DNA of 63,628 nt, the filler included, from Welwitschia mirabilis (Eukaryota), in the NCBI GenBank assembly GCA_051453625.1. It is 7 parts of one record of this genome, joined end to end, with 100 filler letters (N's around TTAATTAATTAA, not from the genome) between each part and the next. Parts side by side here need not be neighbours in the genome. Positions count along the whole stretch, not along the records: positions 1 to 25,849 come from JBOZIK010000001.1; 6 more parts are not named here. One strand, given 5' to 3'. Shown piece after piece: positions 12,740 to 24,962 of this stretch. Below the pieces are notes generated by a model. That model ran no database searches, was not told the DNA's origin, and saw nothing but the letters and a program-made list of their open reading frames with translations. A program made the position numbers and the translations under genes. Every line of letters begins with the position of its first letter. Within the stretch, counting starts at the first letter, position 1.

Positions 12740-15192
12740 ATACCTAAGCGAGTGTGAAAACCCCAGTGAAACCCTAATAGTGTGCTTGTTTTAAAAGCAA
12801 GCTCTTTGGTGTAATAAAGGATGGAGAAATAAAGTTCTATTTGAATTCCTTGAGAGCTTAGAGCTTTTTTGAATTTCTGGTTTGCCGTTTTATGCTTTTT
12901 TCCCCTCCTTTTTTGGGCCTCTTTTTCACCTTCTTTGGCTCTTTTTCAATTTTTTTTCCTTGTTTTTAAGGCTTCTTTAAAACATTTTTTTTGTTATTCT
13001 GGTTTTTCCAGGTGTTGACCTACATTAACCTGCAGCTGTACTACCTACATTAACTCATGACCCCTGCGTCTGTGCACCTTGCCGTGCTCATAACCCTACT
13101 TTCACAGCTGCATCTCTGGTCTAATCTGACCACTGCTACCTGCATTTACGCCTGCATTTTAGTTGTGGATCGCAGACCATCGCTTCTATTCTTTCACAAT
13201 ACCCATTAAGATCTAGTGATTCTGGTGTTTTTTGGCATGTAAGAGGATTTACCTAGTCTTTATGTGAAGCCTGCATTAGCAGTGTTATCTTATCACCATT
13301 AGATTTCTGTGTGCTATTTGCGTCGAGGGATCTTAAAACGCTTACCGCTGGCAGATGTTCTATGCATCACAGCATGCCCTTCTGTTGCAAGTTTTGTAGC
13401 TACCCTGCTCATTGCTGTGCATGCTTTCCTGTCTGTCTACGATTTGCTATCTGTCCTTCTTATTGCTGTGTATGCCTTCTGTCTCTCTGCAATCCTTGTT
13501 TTTCTTGGCATTTTCTTTTTAACGACGGTGTTTTATTTTTGGTAGTGCCACTACCATTTTCGTAAAAGGTTGTCAGCCACTCCCCTCACAAAAAGGAGCA
13601 GGCTAAACAGTCTATTATCTCATATTAAATGAGATGTACAAGTGAAATGCACACCACAAATTTCAAACTGTATGTCATATGTCATCACCTCAATGCATGT
13701 AGTACAGGACTTGGGAGGCAGTTTAGCTTCTTCGTCACTAAAATGCATTCTTTGGAATAAATGTCGCAGTCAAAGTTTCCTAGCATATTGCATGAATATC
13801 AGAAATTAGATTAATTACAAATAATTGATTTTATACTCCTTTAGCAAATCTCTGTGAAAATGTCTTCAACTAAAAGCATTTTTAAGGTTGAGATTAGAGT
13901 AAGGACTGGAAGCTAATTTGGAGGAGCAATGAATCACGTGGATCGAAAGTGCATAACACTCCATTAGCCATTGTATGATGGTTAATGCATCCACTTAATG
14001 GAGGTCGCATCATCATTTTCTAGCCCATAAATTCGTTTTAGCTTCTAGTGAAAGAAAATTTTTTCTTCTCTTAATTTTTGATGTCCATGTTAACCATACA
14101 TGTGATTCTTGGCTTGTCAGTTTTAATTGGGTACATGTATCCTAGTGCTTAACTTTGGGCTAGTTCTAGTTTTGCGCACATGTAGTTTTGTAATGCACAA
14201 CCATTACTTAGTTTTGGCACACATACAATTTAGCTAGCCATTGTCCAGTTTTTTACTCTGTTACACACACATGCATAGTTTTGTACATTTCTGTATTTTT
14301 TAGTTTTTTAAGCTCTATTTTGAGTTTTTTTCAAAATTGTAAACAAAAAATTCACCTTTAATCATCAAATCAAGTTGGAATGTTGAATAAGATCCCTTAA
14401 TTTGATTTGTAGAGCTCTTTTTCTTAGTTTTCGATCTTCTCTTTTCTCCTTTCTGAGATTTTTTTTTTTCTTGTTGATATTTTGGAATTTTTAAGTTTTG
14501 TAAGCCAAATCTCTCACATCAAGTCAAGTTGGTGTGTGAAACAAGATTCCTTAACTTGATTTTCTTTCATTTTCTCAGGCTTAAGTCTCCTTGTGATTTG
14601 GATAAATTGAGTTGAGTAGGAATGTTGAGCAAGATCCACTTAACTTGACTATACCAAGTTCTATACCTTTTGTCTCTTTCTTGTATTTATTTGCGTCTTT
14701 TTTTTATTTTTCTTTTCTTTTCTCACACACTTAATAATTTTAAAATTAATCATGATTAAAGCTTTAAAAAGGAAAACTACCTTCACCACAAATACTTAAC
14801 AATTTTACTAGTAATAGGTTTTTATGGGTGCAGGCACAAAAATCCTTATGTAGCTAGAGATCTGTGTCAGGCTTTACGGTATCTTCTGAAAAAGCTTATT
14901 ATGTAGTTTTAATTGCCATAATTATAAAGTTCAGGTTGTATGAATAGCCATGTCTCTCGTAAACAGAAATGTCTCAGGCACCCTAAGGTTAACATTCCCA
15001 AGGGCACACTCGATGAAGGCCAAAGGCATAATGGTAGCGTCCACTTAGTTTTCATGATCGGGGGACATTGGTTTAATAAAAATTTAAAATTTACTAAGTC
15101 CAAGATATAACTAGGTCATTAATATTATATGACACTCTCCCTTAAGTGAGGTATACAATTAAGGTAATCAAAATTGGCTGACGCCTTAGAAG
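12740..15192 (+). mobile_element. Ogre/Tat-like LTR fragment, interrupted near its 3' end by the copia-like LTR at 15193
   Basis: Non-coding. Layout resembles the reverse complement of 6314-8116 (CAAGTT..CTTAA motifs, GGGTGC..AATCCTT ~14826, TGGCTGACGCC ~15175). Boundaries uncertain. Confidence 0.4.
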
Positions 15193-15719
15193 TGAAGATT
15201 CTAAAACTGCTGAAACATCATTTAATATGAAATTAAAAAAAATACTAATTCTTCAAACATGGAGGCCCCAATCCCTGGCCATGTCGGGGACAATGGTTGG
15301 GCACCTTTTTCATTAGCTCTTAATCATTGTATTTATACATGATTTTGCTCCTATAATAGGCCATCTTAACTTGGAAGTGCTTATAGATTTTTCTTATCAA
15401 GATCCACAATTTAAGGATCACATATAACTAATTTTCCATTGGGACTTTTGACCAAGAAACTCCCCTTTGTGTCCTTCATCTTAGATCCACATTTGATGGA
15501 TCTACATTTATCATTTATTAAATAAGGAATTTGACTTAACCAACTTCCTTGATTCTCTCAGCTTAACTAAATCTCTTCCCTCTTAGACTTTTGATTTTCC
15601 CTAACATTATTACTTTGTTACATTTTAATTGATACCAATATATTAAAATGTTGACATTACATATGCCAAATTTATCCAACATAAAATGTTGGCGTTACTT
15701 GTACTTAAATATCCCAACA
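15193..15719 (-). repeat. 3' LTR of element A
   Basis: TGAAGA...CCCAACA. Shares GAGGCCC.ATCCC..GCCATG..GGGACAATGGTTGGGCAC..TTTTCATTAG with 32345-32763. Confidence 0.8.
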
Positions 15720-15732
15720 AGCTCCCCCTTAA
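15720..15732 (-). promoter_or_regulatory. Polypurine tract (PPT) of element A
   Basis: AGCTCCCCCTTA on the + strand (AAGGGGGAGCT on minus) abuts the LTR. Confidence 0.8.
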
Positions 15733-16210
15733 TGACAACATTTTATACACCTCCTTGATGTGTGCACTATTCAATTTCATGTCACACATCTTACAACATT
15801 CAAGGACTTATCCCAAGATATTGCAAGGCCAGTTATGTACTCCTAACAATTCTTGAAATTACTTTAGGATATTTCTCATTATTTCCTCTTTTGATGGATT
15901 GCTCATGGCTCAACTCACATGCTTCTAAAGATTTGCTCCTCTACTACCCTTTACTTCACTCTCTTTCCTCTAGAGTGGATCATGATCATCAACTAACTAA
16001 CTAACTAGATTTATTGTGCCTTATTTCCAAGTTCAGGCTATAGAAAATACAAAACATGATAAATGTAACTTGAAAAGGGGATCAAGATGCCTTCTTTACA
16101 TTCCAAACCACTTATAATATACTTTTCAATGGGGTTTACAAAATATGGAATTTAAAACCCTTTGTTGGCATAAAATTAGTTTTACCTCACCCCCTTTACA
16201 ACCAAGGGTA

Positions 16211-16536
16211 GACTCTAATACCATGGGTAGTTGTAAGAAATCTAGCATAGATGAAAGCTATGGAAAAAGGGCAATAAAAATAGCTCAATTTTATTCATTC
16301 TTTGACACAATTTATACATTTTAATACACGAAATCTAACATCAACAACCTCCTAAAAATCTAGGTTTGGTGACCCATCTTTGAACTCAAAAATTACTTAA
16401 GACTAAAATGAGGCTAAACTAAACTAAGCTTAAGCCACCTAATTTGGATTACATAAAAATCTCTCTAACTAACTAGATTTACTCCTTAATAAGGCCTTAA
16501 CTAGTTATGTAATGTGTGTTAAATATTCCCTTTACA
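16211..16536 (-). mobile_element. Small copia-like LTR fragment with PBS, inserted in element A
   Basis: GACTCTAATACCA at 16211-16223 (TGGTATTAGAGTC on minus, a Met-type PBS) is followed by TGTAAGAAATC...CCCTTTACA (16232-16536). Confidence 0.4.
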
Positions 16537-18231
16537 CGAAATCAAAATAACATAACTAAGGATTGACACCTAAGGAGGTGATCAAGATTCAGAACTTACA
16601 CATACAACAAAAATCACAAAATGAAGTCAAAGCTTAATGATACATGATTTTTAATTGCATTACAAAGTTTTTGTAGTTGATGGTGTAAATCTCAACAATC
16701 TCTCCCTTGACACTAAGGATACAAATAACAATGATTGAATCAAGTTATAGTTAATACTTCCCTTTGGCGTTATTTACAAATATTTATTGTAAATACCATT
16801 GAACAACTGTCAACATATTAGCTATATAACTTTCCCAAACAACCATATAATCAAAAGGCTTATACATCACAAGCAAGTATTGTTACTTTAATTCTAAACC
16901 TACATTTACCTTTTAAAAACCCCAAAAAAACTTTCATCAAGGAATATTAAATTAAAATCCATGTACACTCAAAGCTTATCAAATAATCAGATTATCAAAA
17001 GTCTTACAAAAAGTAAAGGCTAATTGGCTATAATATAATTCTAAATAACCAACTTAACAAGAGCCATTTTCAAAACCAAATATTTTACCCTTGGGGAGTT
17101 ATAATTTTTAATGAAAATTGAGAAAATAATTCTTAATTCCAATTGTATGCAAATCTAAAAATAAACATTAACTAACTGGTGTAAAGCATTCTGAAATACT
17201 ATTTCATAAAAATGTCTAACTAGTATTTAACTACAAATTGGTATTATGTGAAACCAGAATAATCAAATCAAATTAATATCCAATTGGTATGATAAACTAG
17301 TATTTAAATAATCAAACTAGGATTCTTTATCACAAATCATTCTTTAAGTCTTTCAAAAATAATATTCAAACTCAGCAAATCCTCATAAACCTTTTGAGAG
17401 GACTATCTTCATAAATCTCTAGTAATGACACAAGGAAACTATATTTTACATGTTTCAAGAGTGTGAAGAGAAAAATATGCATTGAGATTTCAAAAAGAGA
17501 TGATTGTATATTCAAATGATATAATTGTATAAATGATTCTTAAAGCACAAAGTTCCAGGAATAGTGTTTATGTATTCCAAACATTTCCATAATAATTAGT
17601 TTACTTGTACTCTAATAAAAAACCTCAAACCTAAACTAGTGGATAATAATTTCAAGCAATAATTGGATAATTTTTAATTCCTAAGCATAATAGAAATGTA
17701 TTCAAAATAGTGATATTGAAGCAAGAATTAGATTCAAATAACTAATTAAATAAAGTAGCTGCAAGGTATTATTTCAACTTCACAAATCTAATTTGTCACT
17801 GTGTAGACAGGAATCTTCTCATATGAATTCATGGACCCTCAAATGTGATAAATCTAGTGATTTGGAATGAGATCCCTAATCACTTGCATGACCAGCTTCA
17901 GAATGATGATGTACAAATTTATTTCCAAAGAAATCAAATTTGTAGCAATCCAGGAATAATGAAAATACAATTTGAAGGAATGAGAGGGTGAATGTACATG
18001 GTGATCTACATAGCACAATCCTTCAGCTCAAACAATAGAGAATCATAACTAGCTGTCTTTACGTCGCTTCTGTTGTCCACTATGAGACAATACCATAGCT
18101 CAAAATAAAAACTTCTAGTAATCAAAGTAATTCATTCAAATTGTAGAATGCAAATAATAGACAAAATAAAAACAACAAATAATTTCTTTCTATTAAAAAT
18201 CTTCTTATTCTTTCAAAACAAAAATAACAAA

Positions 18232-18325
18232 AAATGATAACTGCATCTTTTGAAATAATAAGAAATGAACAAATAATGAAATGATAACTGCATCTTTTAA
18301 AATAATAAGAAATGAACAAATAATG
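18232..18325. repeat. Tandem duplication, 2 x 47 bp
   Basis: AAATGATAACTGCATCTTTT(G/A)AAATAATAAGAAATGAACAAATAATG occurs twice with one mismatch. Confidence 0.95.
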
Positions 18326-19719
18326 AAAGATTAAAAACCAAAATAAGCAACACTAGGATAAGGCCTTTGAATTCCATCCCTTTACTTCTCCAAACATCAT
18401 TGAAGATATCAAAAGTGAAAAGCCAAATGCACCAAACATGTAACCACTGAATTTTATCTCCTAGAGCTCTGCTATATCCTTTATGTTGATTTCCTCTAGA
18501 AATCAATGCTTTTAAAAATAATAATAAATAGTGAACAAATCACATACAAACTAAAGGTTACAATTAAAAAGATGTGTGACATACAAGAACAAGATTAAAA
18601 CTACAGAATGAAGGTAGAGTTTACTTTGACTTTAGATTTAATAAGCAAATATCTTTGAGAGCTAATACACTTTAAAAACAAATGAATATTAAAGGAAAAT
18701 GCTTTATCTATGTTTCTCTCTATCAGCCAAGTCAAAATAAAATAATCCAAATGGAGGAACTTGCTTTACCATTAGGGGTTCTAATGTAGTTACAACATTG
18801 ACCTCTTGTGAGTCCATGTAACTGCCTTCATACTTTTTTTCTTATCAAAAGACAATATCTTATCAAAATCCAATAATGTGATAGAGTCCGCAAATTGGTT
18901 ACTTTTATCTATCATAATACAATTCCATCAACTCTGAATGTGGCTCATTTCTGAGTGAGAGAAATGAAACCGAAATAATTAATAATAGGATATTCTCTAT
19001 TTACAAATTAGACATACATGTAGAGCATTAATCCTTTTCATTAGGAATTAGAAGTTCTTCCATTAATCAAACATAACATTATTTCAAACAGACTTTTGAA
19101 GGAAATTTACAAAAACTCCAAATAAAGGCCTTCTCTGAAATTAGTGTCTTTAATAGGAAAGAAACTCAATTGTTAATTAATTCATTAATTGATTATTTGT
19201 AATTCAGATCTACTGTATTAGATCTATACATATGTGCACTAGTGATTCCTCCAAAACTCGTTTAACTTGCAAAAGAAGGATACCTCGAAAGGAAAAGCAT
19301 ACTATCTGGTAGATCCTATTCTCAAATCGTTGATATCCTATCCCTGTTTGATATCTCTACTAGAGTCCTCATTTGAAATAGCTAGATGCATGCTTGAAGC
19401 ACTACCAGTGGAGCTTGTAGTATTAAACATATCATTAGAACCCAAAAGCAAAAATGCTTCTCATTTTTCCCCAAACAAATATCAAGCACTAATTAAGAAC
19501 ATGATAAAAACTAGCATAGGAATAATCCATAGCACTATATTGAATTCTAACTTATACACAGGCAAATTAGACTAAAACATTATAATATAATCCTCATCGA
19601 GTCCAACAATAACTAGTTTATTATGATTGAAGGCAATCAAGCCCTAATTTTACTACTGATCAGTAATGAAATCTTGGTTAAATAGATAAATAATATCCTC
19701 CAAAGTTAAATGGAAAAGG

Positions 19720-20734
19720 TGAAGGATTTACAAACCCTTGGAAAGAGGTAAATAGGTTTTATAAGACAAAAATTATCAAATGAAATTTAATGAATAAAAA
19801 AATATGCAAAATAACTGAAATGAAAATACCCAAGAATAGCGTTAGATAAATGATTTATAGTGGTTTGGGAAAAGCTACTTCACTCTCAGCTATCAGCTTC
19901 GATCCTAAGCTAATTTGGATCCTTGTTGCTTTCTTTCTAGGTTCCTTAGTCAACCTATAAAGCTTATAAGGACTTATGAGGCTCAATATCAATCTTTATA
20001 GAGTAAAGCATTTGATAAGGATAGTATACTTAAATGCATTAGATTCATTAGATCTGAAGTACAATGAACATTGAATACACTGCTGAAAAGAAGTTTACCC
20101 GTATATGCTCATATAGTGCAGTGGATTACTTTTTAACTAATAAATATCAATAATACAAATATGCTTTTTTTTAAAAAAATAATTGGTGTCAAAGATTCCT
20201 ATTATTTTGTCTTATATAGGGGATATATTTTTACATTGAAAAACGAATATGATACTTTAATGGTTAAGTATGGCAAAGTTAATGGTTAGAAAATATTTTG
20301 AAAAGTTCCATTTCTGCTATGATTAGTCAACTCCTAGAAATGTTTAGTTGACTTGATTGGTTGCTATTATTGAAATTAGTCGACTCCACTTTCTTTTAGT
20401 CAATCTAATTGTTATATATCACATGGTTTAGTCAGCCCCATTTAGTGTCTAGCTGACCCCTGATAACATCTGATCAATTCCACTTAAGTTGTACTAGTTT
20501 CTTTTTATAAGGTTCGATCGAGCCATTATGAGATCTAGTTAACTGCTTTTGTCTATATCTGGTCTACCCCTTATAGAGTCCTACTGATTCCTCATCAATT
20601 TCAATAGTTTTCTAGGTAAGAGTGAGATCTGAGAAACTTCTGACCTATAATACTTTATTAACTTAATATATGTGCAACACATTAAGCTATACTAAGTATG
20701 TTAGTTTGAATCAATTTGGCAATATAACTTAACA
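19720..20734 (-). repeat. 3' LTR of element B
   Basis: TGAAGGATTTACAAACCC...AACTTAACA; aligns along its length with 30408-31449. Confidence 0.92.
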
Positions 20735-20750
20735 ATATCCCCCTTTGACA
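20735..20750 (-). promoter_or_regulatory. PPT of element B (further PPT-like tracts at ~20812 and ~21090)
   Basis: ATATCCCCCTTTGACA abuts the LTR; multiple PPTs are a Sirevirus hallmark. Confidence 0.85.
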
Positions 20751-21139
20751 TTAATGGCAAACTACACTTGATTATACATAAGATTATTAATCTAATAGAA
20801 ACTTTTGTAGAAACTCCCCCTAATGATATGTCATTAAAAAAACTTTATGTATTTCTAAGTAATAAAATAATTTGTTGCTCATTATTATATATTATTAATC
20901 ATAAAAGCAAGGTAAGAGACATTTTGATGATCATTTTACAAGTAATAGACTATTCATTACTTTTAATAAAGCTACTATAACTAATCATAACAAAGAGAGT
21001 GAATAGATTTTTTGATACAACAAATATCTACAACCATAGAAACACAACAGAAAACAATAACAGTGCAATAACAATAGTGCAATAATTTTTTCTCCTTTTA
21101 ACATCAATTCCAAAGGAGAGAAACAGAGACATAAGAACT

Positions 21140-22190
21140 CAATATAACTTCTTCTTCTCTTCTGATTTGTTTTTAGATTCAGGATCATCCTCTTCTTCTT
21201 CCTTTGTTGCTGCTTTATGCTGAGAACTACTAGCCTCCTATACAGTGTTAGCAATCTCATATCTTGTTGCCACGAGAGATTCTTTCACGTGATGAGCATT
21301 AGAGTTTGGTATTTTAAGGTAAGAGAGGATCTCATTAGAAGATTATGTTTTGGAAGAAGGAGATTTTGAGGATTTCTTTGTGCTAAAAAAGATATGCATA
21401 TGAGAGAGAGTATCACATCCTATAAAAGAGATTGGGATTAAAGCTTCAAGCTTTGGATGAATATGAACCCTAAAATGCTAATAGATTTTGGTAATAAGAA
21501 GAGAATAAGGAAGAGCCCTAGCTTTATAATATTCTAGCTAAGAGATCATATTTTTAAGATAATAAGAGGAGCATCAATGATATGAAGAGTTCAAAATAGA
21601 TACAAGATATAAGCTCTAGAGTTAGAGGTCTCATCACAATGACTAGCAAGGGGTAAAAATTTATAAGTAAAGACAAGATGTAAAAACTTATATTTTGGAA
21701 TGAGATATGATGTAGCAAGTGTGGTTCTTTAATGAATTAAATTATTAGAGAATTTTCTAGTGACTTTACCCTTATCCTCCATGGAATCTCCAAAAGGCCA
21801 AAACTTCTCATAGTACCCCTTGAGGAGATTTGTGGATGAAGCTATCACATCTAATGTAATATTCACATGCCTTCCCAATACAAGTGTGGGGAAAATGGAG
21901 AAATCAACATCATAGGTTGCAATTGTGTAAAACATGTAAGTAAGAAAAGGGCATGTTGAACTAGATAAATCAAGAAAATAAGATAGATCTAGCTCATTGA
22001 TGACTCTTACCATGTAATCAAGATTTTGTAATTCCCTAAAAGCAACCATATGTTCTTAGCAGATAGGTTTCCTATCAAATTTCTTTGTGAACCTTTCAAT
22101 AGCTTCATCTGACATTCCTAACTAGAAATATGATGGATCTCTGCTAGCTGGCATCTTCTGATGAGATCTTCTAGAGGACCCCTCTACCAT
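21140..22190 (-). pseudogene. Sirevirus extra (env-like) ORF, putative plant transposon protein domain (Transposase_32-like)
   Basis: ATG at 22190 (MVEGSSRR...). ORF 21729-22049 has PFLTYMFY..TLVLGRHVNITLDVIA, then KYKFLHLVFTYKFLPLASH..ALPYSLLITKI. Lies between pol and the PPT; homologous to 50625-51110. Confidence 0.7.
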
Positions 22191-22599
22191 TTTACAAATA
22201 TGATACTTATTGAAGACAAAAAAGAGGGAGAAAACTAACAAACAAAGAGAGAGATAGGTGAAAGATAGGTGGAAATGAGAAAAGTAGGGTTCAAAAATCT
22301 TTTATAAGAAAGTTCAAATAAGTTATTTTTAAGGAAAAAAATGAGTGCATCACCTTTCTCCCATTGAAAATCCTATAGGTTCAATTAATCAGATTAAGGT
22401 TCGGTCGATTCATCGAGATGAACATTAATTTTACTCTAGGTCCAATTGACTGAAACTTTAGTTCAGTTAACCTGACTTGAATCAGATATTCCTAGAATAA
22501 GTCTAGGTAATCAGGATAAAATCTGGTTAACCCAACATTTCCAAATCTAGTTGACTAAATTGAAAATCTCATTGACCACCCTACTTTTAGTTAGAGGAT

Positions 22600-24962
22600 G
22601 ATGACAAAACCCCTAAATCACATCTAAGAATCATATACTTGTCAAAACTTATGGGTTTTATGAAAATATTAGCTAGCTGTTAGTCATTATTTATGAAATT
22701 CATGGAAATATTGCCTTTTTCAACTTTATCTCTGATAAAATGATATCTAAGTTTAATATGTTCAATATGAGAATGATGAATAGGATTTTTTGATATATTA
22801 ATTACACTTGTATTGTCATAAAAAATGGGTACCGAATCGTAGTTAATTTCAAAGTTCTTAAGCATTTCCTTCATTCACAGAAGATGAGTACAATAACTTT
22901 TTACTGCTATATATTTTACTTCTGCTATGAAAAGAAAAATACAATTTTATTTCTTACTTACCAAAATTACCAAACATGATATAAAAAAAAAGCAATTTCC
23001 ACTTGTGTTTTTCCTATTGTTCTTACATCTTGCCCAATATGCATCATTAAATCTTGTAAGTTCAAAAGATGTTTCTTCTGGATATCATAACCCATAATCA
23101 CTAGTGCTTTTTATATATCTTATGATTCTTTTGACAGCTTGACGTGATATTCCTTAGGATTTACTTAATATCTAGCACACATAACCACATTAAACATTAT
23201 ATTAGGTCTCCTAGCTATTAAGTATAATAAGATTCCTATTATGCTCCTGTAGAGTTTTTGATCGATTGATTCTTCATGCTCATCAAGACTAACTTTACAT
23301 GATGTTTACATTGGAATGATGGTTGATTTTGTATTCTAAAGCCAAATCACTTTACCAACTCCTTAGCATACTTTAATTGAGAAAAGAAAATGCCTATTGA
23401 TTTTGCTTAATTTGCAATCCTAGAAACATGGTTACTCTCCTAACCTCATGTCAAAATGAGTTGTCATGATGTTAGTAAACTCTTTTGAGAGATCCTCCTT
23501 TGAAACATCAAAAATTGTATCATCAACATAAATCTAAATAATAGTGAATTCTTACTTAAGTTTCTTGACAAAGAGAGTTTTATCTACAGCTCTCTTGCTA
23601 TAACCACTATCCTTAAGAAAGGTTGTTAAGTTTTCATACCATGCCCTAAGGGCATGTTTCAATCCATCTAAGGCCTTTTTAAGTCTATAGACATGGTTTG
23701 GTTTATGCGGATCTATGTACCCTTTTGATTATTCTACATATACCTCTTAATTGAGAATATCATTCAAGAAAGAACTTTTTACATTCATTTGAAAAACTTT
23801 AAAATTTTTAAAGGCTATAAATGAAATAAACATTCTAATGCTATGTAATCTACCCACCAGAGCAAAAATGTCTTTTACATCAATCCCTTTAATTTGATTA
23901 TAACCTTGAGCCATTAGTCTTGCCTTATTTTTAATCACATTATTGTGTCAATCACATTTGTTATTAAAAATCCACTTTTTTCCAATTACATTTTGATCCT
24001 TAGATCTTTTCACTAACTTTTAAACATCATTTCTTTTAAATTGTTGTAACTTCTCTTACGTTCATGAGCTTCAGCCTCTTCATGTCTCTTAGGTTTAACT
24101 TGAGAGACATAGAATATATGAGTACAAATATTTTTAAGAGAATTTTAGTCGGCATACTTGAGTTTACGTCTCCAATAAATAAGTCAAGAGGATGATCTTT
24201 TAGTTATTTAAAATGCTTGAGAGTTGATTCTTGTGTTGTGCCATTTTTGTTTCTACTTGTAACTTCATTGTTAGTCATGATATTCTGGGAGAGATCTTCT
24301 TCATCACTTGTAAGAAGAGGTAATTTGTACCTTTATGGATTCTTCTAATGTTAGACTTCATTTGTTGAAGAACTTATAATCTCTAATTCTAGTTGAGTAT
24401 CTAAGAAAAATTGCTTTATCTATCTTAGACTTGAATTTACTCAAATGTTCTATTTCTTTTAAAATAAAGCACTTACTTCCAAAGACTTTAAAATAAGATA
24501 CATTTAGTTTTCCTTTCCATAGCTCATAGAGATTTTTATCCATGTCTAGTCTTAGATATACTCTGTAAATAATATAACATGTAGTACTTACTACTTCAGC
24601 ACAAAAGGGTTCTGCTACGACCTTATCATTTAGCATTGTTCTTACCTTATCTTGAAGAAAGCTGTTTTTCCTTTCTGCTACTCCATTTTGTTGTGGAGGA
24701 TTTGGTACTACAAACCGATGTTCTATTCCATTTACCATATAATATTTTTTAAAAAGATGGTTTTCAAATTCTTCTTCATGATTACTTCTAATTTATTTAA
24801 TAAAATACTCCTTGTTATTCTGTATTTGGTTGTATATTTCACCATATCTTTTAAAAGTTTTAGCCTTGTTTTCTAGGAAAGTAATCCAAGTAAACCTAGA
24901 GTATTCATTTACCATTGTCAAAAAATATCTTTTTCTAGCCAGGGTTTTAGTTTGAGAAGGAT
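22600..24962 (-). pseudogene. Copia pol, 3' part: integrase core, reverse transcriptase, RNase H
   Basis: PQQNGVAERKN (ORF 24358-24738), KNKARLMAQGYNQ..VFQMNVKSSFLN (23747-23938), IYVDD (~23525), DAYWARCKNNRKNTSG (~23030), PIFYDNTSVINISKNPIHHS..HIKLRYHFIRD (22680-22874). Confidence 0.95.

Noticed and set aside
19267-19575. 102-aa plus-strand ORF
   Set aside because: It is antisense to the better supported minus-strand exon 19488-19284 and has no motif of its own.
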